Under the pieces are notes generated by a model. It saw only the letters and a list, made by a program, of their open reading frames with translations. It was not told the DNA's origin and did no database searches. Below, one piece after another: positions 28,399-35,624 of a stretch of 64,000 bases of DNA. A program made the translations under genes and the position numbers. Each line of letters starts with the position of its first letter. Position 1 is the first letter of the stretch. The stretch is from a virus (Duplodnaviria > Caudoviricetes), in IMG/VR virus record IMGVR_UViG_3300021426_000009, positions 1 to 64,000 of that record, one strand, 5' to 3'.

Positions 28399-29316
28399 AT
28401 GGAAGTAAAGATTTTAGGATGGTCGCCATCCAAGACATTCAGAGAGGATGGAAGCAACATGAAGATTAACGTTCATGTACGTCTGCATGACGAGTGTAAG
28501 AACGGGCATTACGACTTCAGCATCACAGGCGAGGTGTACAGACAGGCCGCTAACGGACGATGGGTCGATGACAGATGCGGTTGCATCCATGAGGACATCG
28601 AGAGACTGTTCCCTCAGCTGAAGAAGTTCATCCCCCTGCATTGCTGCAACTACCTCGGACACCCGATGTACCCTGAGGCCAACGGCCAGTACTTCATCAG
28701 GGAGAAGGGCAAGGAGGTTGCGATGGAGCAGCTTCGTATCACGGAGAAGGAGTACGACATTCTCAGCCTCGCAGCAGATGACGAGGAGCGTCCGTATTTC
28801 AAGTACCTGCTGTTCACTCTCGGAATCGTTGATCGCTGGAAGCAGGAAGCCGACGAGTTCATCAAGTTCCTCGAGGAGAAGACAGGCAATACGTGGGTCA
28901 ACCCATACAAACCCGAGGAAGAGCGCAACATCATGCGCCTGACAGAGGATGAGCGCAATGAGATTAAGAAGAAGATCGATGAGGGCTACTATTCGGTGGA
29001 AGCCCAGAAGGCACGTAGGGAGGCACGCTACAAGGCTGCCCAGGATGCCATCAGGAACAGAATCATCGAGAGATACGAAGAGACGGAGAGGAAAGCCCGT
29101 GAGGAGCGTGACATCAAGCTGTACATCTTCGACAGCGGGATGCCCATCGACAACGTGATTTACTACGACCACACGAAGCAGGTGGTGTTCAACTGGCAGG
29201 ACTGGGAAAAGAAGGTCACTCAGGAGCAGTTCGTGGATTTCGTCAACAAGGTCGACTACTCAAAGCTGCCGGAGGGTGTGACGTTCCACTTCGGCAAGGA
29301 TGACAGGAAGAAGTAA
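28399..29316 (+). CDS. conserved hypothetical protein preceding the PRTRC cassette
   Basis: 305-aa ORF; RLHDECKNGH..FSITG..GCIHE motif. Confidence 0.75.
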   Translation: MEVKILGWSPSKTFREDGSNMKINVHVRLHDECKNGHYDFSITGEVYRQAANGRWVDDRCGCIHEDIERLFPQLKKFIPLHCCNYLGHPMYPEANGQYFIREKGKEVAMEQLRITEKEYDILSLAADDEERPYFKYLLFTLGIVDRWKQEADEFIKFLEEKTGNTWVNPYKPEEERNIMRLTEDERNEIKKKIDEGYYSVEAQKARREARYKAAQDAIRNRIIERYEETERKAREERDIKLYIFDSGMPIDNVIYYDHTKQVVFNWQDWEKKVTQEQFVDFVNKVDYSKLPEGVTFHFGKDDRKK

Positions 29317-29346
29317 CATGAGTATTAACGAATAAAGATTAAGAGT

Positions 29347-29997
29347 ATGGAATTTTTCAAGACGATTGCAGATTTCCTGCAGGACGGCCAACAGGTTACG
29401 ATGGCCATCAGAAAGAGCGGTGGCAACATCGCAGTGAGTATCATGCCCGACAACCGAGGTGTCAAGGATAAGGCAGTGGAGAACATCACTCCGCTGGTCA
29501 TGAGCGGCACACCCGAAGACTTCGAGGAAGGCTTCAAGGATGCCCTCAAGCCGCTGGCACAGGCTCAGGGACTGGTGTCCAACATCAAGGAGTTCGAGGA
29601 GGGAACGGAGAAGGCAAAGCGTGAGTCCGAAATGGCTAAGAAGCTCAAGGACGAGGCGGCCAAGCAGAAGAAGGAGTTCAACGACCTCATCACTCTCGCA
29701 CGTAAGAACAAGGACGAGCACAAGTTCAAGGATGCACGTTCCATCCTCGCCAAGGCATCGGCACTGCCGTCTGCCGACAAGGCTCTCATCGGTAAGGTGA
29801 TGAAGGAGATCGACGATACAGCCGGTGTGGGCAACATGTTCATACAGGAGGAGGACAAGAGTGACGGCAAGGACTTGGGAGCCAAGGCTCCTGAGAAACC
29901 TTCAGAGGCAAAGCCCGAAGATGCAGCAGCTGCTGACGCTTTTGCTCAGGCAATGGAGTTAGATGACAATGATAACGAAAACGAAGAGGAGGAATAG
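29347..29997 (+). CDS. PRTRC system protein E
   Basis: MEFFKTIA..PLVMSGTPEDFEEGF N-terminal domain; first gene of the cassette. Confidence 0.8.
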   Translation: MEFFKTIADFLQDGQQVTMAIRKSGGNIAVSIMPDNRGVKDKAVENITPLVMSGTPEDFEEGFKDALKPLAQAQGLVSNIKEFEEGTEKAKRESEMAKKLKDEAAKQKKEFNDLITLARKNKDEHKFKDARSILAKASALPSADKALIGKVMKEIDDTAGVGNMFIQEEDKSDGKDLGAKAPEKPSEAKPEDAAAADAFAQAMELDDNDNENEEEE

Positions 29998-30000
29998 TAT

Positions 30001-30213
30001 ATGGCACTGAATGTAACAGGAATGAAGCGTGTGTTCAAGCATGGAACACGAGAGTTGGAAGACCCCGACAAGAACATGTCCCCTGAAGAGGTGATGCAGT
30101 TCTACTCGGCTACCTATCCAGAGTTGACGACGAGTAACGTACACGGCCCGAAGGTCGATGACCGTAACAGGGCTGTGTATGAGTTCAAGACGACAGTTGG
30201 TACTAAGGGATGA
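30001..30213 (+). CDS. PRTRC system protein C (ubiquitin-like)
   Basis: RVFK..LEDPD..SPEEVMQFYSATYPELTT..; ends VGTKG. Confidence 0.9.
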   Translation: MALNVTGMKRVFKHGTRELEDPDKNMSPEEVMQFYSATYPELTTSNVHGPKVDDRNRAVYEFKTTVGTKG

Positions 30214-30217
30214 AGAA

Positions 30218-31405
30218 ATGCAACAAGGAGCTACCAGAGTTTCACAAGGCTTTGTATTCGGTACTGGAGTCAGAACGAAGGCAAGAGTTCAGGGCAAGGG
30301 ACGAGGAGCGGCAACCGCTGCTCCCTCCCTCTGCGCCCCTGCTTTTCTGACCTCCCCGATACGACCGATACGTCCGACGAGCGAAGATACCGCTGCAAGG
30401 CTGGAGATAGACATAGACAAGAGCTATGCCAACGTCTCCGCAAGCCTTAGGCGGTTCTTCAAGGTCGTTGGTATCGAGTACGACTACGAGCCGAAGAAGG
30501 ACCTCACAAGGGCTCAGCAGCTTGGAGAGCTGATAGACTACGGAGAGAAGAAGATGGATTCTCTCGGACTTTCCCTTGCGGTCAGTAAGAAGGATTGTCA
30601 AGGAGGCGATGTCGATACCCTTGAATGTGTGGTGTATCGGTGGGGTAAGGAGTTAGAGGACACGATCGTCATCCTCTATTGTGCCCCTGCTGTATATATG
30701 TCCCCTGAAGGTTGTCAGATGTACAAGCGGTTCATGAAGTTCGTCACGGTGAGCACGGGAATACCTCTCGGCATCCCTGAGCATACGGAGAACTTCTACC
30801 TTGACTGCATCGTCAACATGGATGATGACTACATGTACGAGGATGAAGAGGAAGAGGAAAAAGACCCTGTCATCCTGAAGTACAGGCAGGACGGTGAGTT
30901 CTGGAACCTCTTCGACGAGATTGGAGGACTGCCTAAGGAGAAGCCTGGCGATCTGTATGCAGCACTCGATGACTACCGCCAGCGATGTCCGGATGATGAG
31001 ACAGAGGTGGTGGAGGCCATGATGGAGGGCATAGACATCATCAAGTATGCGAACTACTACTGGTTCGAGTTCAACCCAGACGATGACGGGCTTCCCAACG
31101 AGTGGGGCAACGACAGCGCAGACGGATATGCAAGCAGCGTGTTCGCCTCTGCCATCCTCTTCTCCGAGCAGGACGGAATCTCAGAGCAGCTGCTGGACAC
31201 CGTGAACAACGAAGTGAATGCCGGTATCATGATGACTGGCTGGAATATTCATCAATGGCTGTCACCGAAGACGGCGAAGGCCGACATACTCGAGTTCATG
31301 CGATGCAAGGACCTGTGCGCATCACTCGATGACTGGCTGAGGACGTTCTATCGGGCAACCGAGAAATTTGACTTATATGGGAAATCTGAGCAAGATACTG
31401 AATGA
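30218..31405 (+). CDS. PRTRC system protein F-like (start uncertain)
   Basis: Position between C and B; acidic. Confidence 0.6.
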   Translation: MQQGATRVSQGFVFGTGVRTKARVQGKGRGAATAAPSLCAPAFLTSPIRPIRPTSEDTAARLEIDIDKSYANVSASLRRFFKVVGIEYDYEPKKDLTRAQQLGELIDYGEKKMDSLGLSLAVSKKDCQGGDVDTLECVVYRWGKELEDTIVILYCAPAVYMSPEGCQMYKRFMKFVTVSTGIPLGIPEHTENFYLDCIVNMDDDYMYEDEEEEEKDPVILKYRQDGEFWNLFDEIGGLPKEKPGDLYAALDDYRQRCPDDETEVVEAMMEGIDIIKYANYYWFEFNPDDDGLPNEWGNDSADGYASSVFASAILFSEQDGISEQLLDTVNNEVNAGIMMTGWNIHQWLSPKTAKADILEFMRCKDLCASLDDWLRTFYRATEKFDLYGKSEQDTE

Positions 31406-32075
31406 GAAACTGGAGGCTACCGATGCTTTGGTGTTCTACAAGAGCAACCTCAATGAGGGTGCGTATGTGGAGCATCGTCCAATCATAAACGGAGCGATGT
31501 GCGCAGGTAAGCCTCTCGAAGTCGATGTCATAGCAAAGCTGCTGAAGACGGTCGACAAGTATGCGCACGGAACAACGTCGATGGTGTCACTCCATGGAGA
31601 GATACCTGAGAACCTGCTGTATGCCAGTACGAGCATCGACTCCTACCGACTGGTGTGGTACAGGAAGCCGGAGAAGAGAATGTTCTTTTTCTCCGAGAGC
31701 CTCGGCATACCGAACGGGGAGGTGATGGTTCCTGGTCTTGTCTATGTGACGGACGGCAAAGGCCTCTCGATGTATGCCTTCAAGGGAAGGAAGCCGAAGA
31801 AGCTGCTGTATCAGGCTCCGTTCTTCAATACGAGCACAAACGTATGCCTCGGAAACGGAAAGCTGCCAAAGCCGAAGGATCAGACCTATGCGAACTGGAT
31901 GGCCTACTGGGAGGAGCTGTTTTGGAAGACGGAGTTCTCCCACCTGATGGGCGGCAACCCTGTCAAGGGTAACCTCTCCATCATCATGAAGGAGTGCATA
32001 AGCGGTCACAAACCGTTCCCTGTGAACTCACTGATAGCAACAAGAACAACCCTACAAGCATTATACAGGAAATGA
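31377..32075 (+). CDS. PRTRC system protein B (prokaryotic E2 family D)
   Basis: LVWYRKP..VPGLV..LYQAPFFNT..VCLGN..WEELFWKTEFSH. Confidence 0.85.
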   Translation: MGNLSKILNEKLEATDALVFYKSNLNEGAYVEHRPIINGAMCAGKPLEVDVIAKLLKTVDKYAHGTTSMVSLHGEIPENLLYASTSIDSYRLVWYRKPEKRMFFFSESLGIPNGEVMVPGLVYVTDGKGLSMYAFKGRKPKKLLYQAPFFNTSTNVCLGNGKLPKPKDQTYANWMAYWEELFWKTEFSHLMGGNPVKGNLSIIMKECISGHKPFPVNSLIATRTTLQALYRK

Positions 32076-32848
32076 AGTACAAGCATTATGTTCATCCGTA
32101 CATTTTAGACCCTGCGCATCCGCTGACGGTAGCCTTGATAGGTGCCGGAGGGACAGGCTCACAGGTGTTGACCTCCCTCGGTAGGATGAATTACGCATTG
32201 AGGGAGCTCGGCCATCAGGGCCTGCATGTGAAGGTGTATGACGCAGACATCGTGACAGCTGCCAACTGCGGACGTCAGCTTTTCTCCCCAGTGGAGGTAG
32301 GACGGAACAAGGCAGAGGTGTTGACAACGAAGCTGAACATGTTCTTCGGAACGTCATGGGAAAGCATCCCCGAAATGTATGACGAGAGGACTGGACACAC
32401 GAACTTCGTGATTTCATGCGTCGATACGGTTGCATCGAGGCTGGCCATCAGGAAGAACATTATCAGGGAGGACTCAAGAGCCGCCCGTGGCTATGACATG
32501 GAGAGAAGCTACTACTGGCTGGACTTCGGCAACACGCAGTCCACAGGTCAGGTGATACTCGGAACGACGAGAGACCTCTCCTGCAACAAGCGGAAGGATA
32601 ATGTCGGTCTGTTAAGGTGCGTGACGGACTTCTTCGACCTCAGCAAGGTCAACGAGAAGAAGAGCGGCCCAAGCTGCTCACTCGCTGAAGCACTGACGAA
32701 GCAAGACCTGTTCATCAACTCTACTCTCGCCCAGATAGGCATGGCGATTCTTTGGAAGATGTTCTCGAAGGGAGTACTGGAGACACAGGGTGCCTTCCTG
32801 AACCTCGATACGATGAAAGTGAATCCGATAAAGGTAGAGAAGATATGA
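32072..32848 (+). CDS. PRTRC ThiF/E1-like protein
   Basis: LIGAGGTGSQ, NCGRQ, ISCVD, WLDFGN and PSCSLAEAL.KQDLFIN. Confidence 0.9.
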   Translation: MKYKHYVHPYILDPAHPLTVALIGAGGTGSQVLTSLGRMNYALRELGHQGLHVKVYDADIVTAANCGRQLFSPVEVGRNKAEVLTTKLNMFFGTSWESIPEMYDERTGHTNFVISCVDTVASRLAIRKNIIREDSRAARGYDMERSYYWLDFGNTQSTGQVILGTTRDLSCNKRKDNVGLLRCVTDFFDLSKVNEKKSGPSCSLAEALTKQDLFINSTLAQIGMAILWKMFSKGVLETQGAFLNLDTMKVNPIKVEKI

Positions 32849-33123
32849 AGAAGTTCAAGTTCACTCAGGCCGTCAGGATAGGCAAGAACATCAGCGACAT
32901 CTTTAAGCTGAGGTGTGTTAGCTTCATCAGCAAGAACCCTCCGATATGCGGTCCGCATTTTCACCTGTACCCAGGTCTGATGTGGGACTACAAGGAGGAT
33001 CTGTCGCACAGGCACGTTGCCCATGAGGGTGACTGGCTTTGCGAGGACGAGGATGGTCTTTGGCATATCCTCAGTGACGACGAGTATCAGAAGGACTACG
33101 GAAATGATGTCAATCAGGAATGA
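32845..33123 (+). CDS. hypothetical protein
   Basis: Coupled ORF. Confidence 0.65.
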   Translation: MKKFKFTQAVRIGKNISDIFKLRCVSFISKNPPICGPHFHLYPGLMWDYKEDLSHRHVAHEGDWLCEDEDGLWHILSDDEYQKDYGNDVNQE

Positions 33124-33386
33124 GTATGGGAAGGCCGGTAGGTAACGGACTGATTGAGTTGGTCGATGAGAAGTCTCATGACAGAGGCTTCTTCTGTATG
33201 GAATTGACGGCATTCATCAGGAAGGAGTCAAAGGAGTCTGGACGGACGATAGCCGATCTGTGGGACGAGCGTTTCGGGGAGGCAAGAAGCGGTGTATGCC
33301 GCTATCGCAACACCTGCCACATCTATGCGAGAACGATGGGCAAGGTAGAGAAAAGACCGATACAGCTCCAGTTGGAGTTTCTTTGA
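33120..33386 (+). CDS. hypothetical protein
   Basis: Coupled ORF. Confidence 0.65.
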   Translation: MSMGRPVGNGLIELVDEKSHDRGFFCMELTAFIRKESKESGRTIADLWDERFGEARSGVCRYRNTCHIYARTMGKVEKRPIQLQLEFL

Positions 33387-33431
33387 GAAATGTTAAATAA
33401 CTCTTAAATTAGGCTATTTTAATGCACTTTG

Positions 33432-33464
33432 TGCGTTATTTTCAAGCATTTTTTGTAACTTTGC
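33432..33464 (+). promoter_or_regulatory. 17-bp palindrome variant plus -7 box
   Basis: TGCGTTATTTTCAAGCA followed by TAACTTTG. Confidence 0.55.
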
Positions 33465-33483
33465 ATAATAAATCAAAACATAT

Positions 33484-33882
33484 ATGAAGATATATACAAG
33501 TTATTTCGGAAACCTCAGAGCGTTAGGAAACGCTGGCATAATGCCGATCAGCATAGCAAGATATTCGCCAAAATGGTATGACGGGGCACGTTTCCCTGGT
33601 GTCGCTCCGACGAGTTACATGCTCAGCGGTGCTTGCAGCCATGAGGAATACCTGAAGAAGTATCAGGAGATACTGAACAGACTGGACCCTCATCAGGTGA
33701 TTAAGAACATTCAGGCATTCAGCGGAGGCAGGGACGTGGCTCTCTGCTGCTACGAGAAGCCTGGCGATTTCTGTCACCGACACCTCCTTTCGGAATGGCT
33801 GAGGAACAACGGCTATGATGTGAATGAATGGAAGCCGGAGGAGAAGAAGGAGGAAGTCCAGCAGCTGTCGCTATTCGATTAG
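33484..33882 (+). CDS. DUF488-like protein
   Basis: IYTSYF..LCCYEKPGDFCHRHLL motif. Confidence 0.75.
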   Translation: MKIYTSYFGNLRALGNAGIMPISIARYSPKWYDGARFPGVAPTSYMLSGACSHEEYLKKYQEILNRLDPHQVIKNIQAFSGGRDVALCCYEKPGDFCHRHLLSEWLRNNGYDVNEWKPEEKKEEVQQLSLFD

Positions 33883-33957
33883 GTTGTGTTTTTCTTTAGA
33901 GCCATATAAGTAAAATGAATACTCAGAAGGTCTGCCATCCGTGAGGAACGCAGATTT

Positions 33958-34031
33958 GGACCGATAGCTCAGCAGGATAGAGCGGCTGCCTCCTAAGCAG
34001 CAGGTCGGGGGTTCGAATCCCTTTCGGTTCA
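33958..34031 (+). tRNA. tRNA-Arg(CCT)
   Basis: Full cloverleaf; GCTGC-CTCCTAA-GCAGC anticodon arm; GTTCGAATCC. Confidence 0.9.
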
Positions 34032-34050
34032 CAGACTGGAGAAGATGTAG

Positions 34051-34141
34051 GGGTCAGGGTGAAATCCATAAGCCCTGATGAGTAAAGGGAAGCCAGATGT
34101 GGATGCTGGCAAACATGCAGGTTCGAATCCTGTCAGCTTCA
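34051..34141 (+). tRNA. degenerate tRNA-like RNA with long variable arm (possible GAG/Leu anticodon)
   Basis: GAAGATG/CAGCTTC acceptor (1 mismatch), canonical T-arm GCAGG-TTCGAAT-CCTGT, GCCAG..CTGGC extra arm; D and anticodon arms non-canonical. Confidence 0.5.
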
Positions 34142-34147
34142 AAGGTT

Positions 34148-34217
34148 TAGCAGTTAGCTCAAGTAGAGCGCCCGATCGCTAATCGGGAGGTTAAGGGTTC
34201 GAGTCCCTTACTGCGCA
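34148..34217 (+). tRNA. atypical tRNA-like RNA, GCT anticodon on a short-variable-loop body
   Basis: CCCGA-TCGCTAA-TCGGG, 5-nt D-loop without GG, AAGGG-TTCGAGT-CCCTT, only 5 acceptor pairs. Confidence 0.6.
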
Positions 34218-34305
34218 TCTATATCGGTGTTCCGTTACGGAGCGAGTAAGTCCAGGAAAAGAGGCACGCAGTCCAATCGACATGACCGAAACGGACACCG
34301 AAAAT

Positions 34306-34377
34306 CGCGGAGTAGAGCAGTGGTAGCTCGCTACGCTCATAACGTAGAGGTCGCAGGTTCGAGCCCTGTCTCCGCAA
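34306..34377 (+). tRNA. tRNA-Met(CAT), initiator-like body
   Basis: CGCGGAG/CTCCGCA with C1:A72 mismatch; CTACG-CTCATAA-CGTAG. Confidence 0.9.
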
Positions 34378-34452
34378 CAGAGAGAGTACTTAGCCGTAGA
34401 GGAAACTCCCCAATAAACACGAAACGGCATGAACGTGCGAGTCGTCATGGTA

Positions 34453-34539
34453 GAACAAGTAGCTATAAGTCGGTAGTCCGACATTGGTGAGAGCCCCGTC
34501 GTGTACGGGAGGTTTTGGGTTCGAGTCCCGACTTGTTCA
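34453..34539 (+). tRNA. tRNA-like RNA with expanded D-arm (possible GTG/His anticodon)
   Basis: Perfect GAACAAG/CTTGTTC acceptor, GTCGG-TAGT-CCGAC insert in the D region, CCCG-TCGTGTA-CGGG, GGGTTCGAGTCCC. Confidence 0.55.
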
Positions 34540-34556
34540 CGAGAAATATCATTGTC

Positions 34557-35624
34557 ATGAAAGTAGCAATTATCGGAACTGGGAACGTCGGCATCGCCAT
34601 AGCTGCCGACTTGTCTATCAGGGAGCATGAGGTGTCCCTGATAAAGACGTCAAATGTGAGATCGGAGGCCTATGACAGGCTTCTCAGGAACAACAACCGT
34701 GTGTACTTAAAGGAGGACGGAACCTATACGCAGACCACCATCAAGGAGGTAACACGGGACATCACTAAGATTTCGGATGCGGAGGTGGTCATCGTGACCA
34801 TCCAGAGCACCTACCACGAAGAGCTGTACAAGAGGATAGCCCCGTATCTGAAAGGCAGTCAGGTGGTGCTCATCATCTGCAGCTATATGTCTTCTTTCTA
34901 CCTGTCGAAGTATTGTCAGGTGCTGCCTGCCATCGCAGAGGCTACTGGCCCCTACCTCGAGGGTCGTGTGGAACTGAACGATATGAAGGAAGAGGTGGTA
35001 TTTAGGGTAGGATGCAGGCTTACGAGAAGCCCGCTGTCGGTGTTCCATCCAAATCGTGCCAATGAGTGCATGGAGAAGCTGAAAGCCCTGTACAAGGGCC
35101 TGAGCAACGACTACTCTGTCATAGAGTCAGCCCTGCTGAACCCGAACCTCGTGATTCACACCGTAGGAGCCGTCATGAGCATCCCTCGCATCGAGTACAG
35201 CGACGGGAACTTCTGCATGTATCGTGAGGCTTACAGTCACAAGAACCAGGCCACGCTCAACGTCATGTTCAAGCTGGATGAGGAGAAGAAGAAAGTTCTG
35301 ATAGCGCTCAACAGCAGGGGTATCGACATCTTGGAGGCCGGTGGCTTCCTGAAGGGCATGGAGAGCTTCTATGAGTATTCCGAGTCGGAAGACAGGGCCA
35401 TCAGTCCGACCTCGATACACTCGAGATACATCACGGAGGACGTTTCTCAGGGACTGGTACTGATGGAGAGCATAGCCAACTATCTCGGTATCATCGTGCC
35501 AGTTACGACTTCTCTCATAGACCTCGCAAGCGCAGCCCTCGGCATTGATTTCAGGCTCGAGGGACGCAGTATATTCTCGCTGGATGCCGACAGATACATT
35601 GACCACCTGACGCATAGACTATGA
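34557..35624 (+). CDS. NAD(P)-dependent opine (octopine/nopaline-type) dehydrogenase
   Basis: Rossmann VAIIGTGNVG; LLNPNLVIHT and RYITEDVSQGLV motifs of the opine DH C-terminal domain. Confidence 0.85.
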   Translation: MKVAIIGTGNVGIAIAADLSIREHEVSLIKTSNVRSEAYDRLLRNNNRVYLKEDGTYTQTTIKEVTRDITKISDAEVVIVTIQSTYHEELYKRIAPYLKGSQVVLIICSYMSSFYLSKYCQVLPAIAEATGPYLEGRVELNDMKEEVVFRVGCRLTRSPLSVFHPNRANECMEKLKALYKGLSNDYSVIESALLNPNLVIHTVGAVMSIPRIEYSDGNFCMYREAYSHKNQATLNVMFKLDEEKKKVLIALNSRGIDILEAGGFLKGMESFYEYSESEDRAISPTSIHSRYITEDVSQGLVLMESIANYLGIIVPVTTSLIDLASAALGIDFRLEGRSIFSLDADRYIDHLTHRL

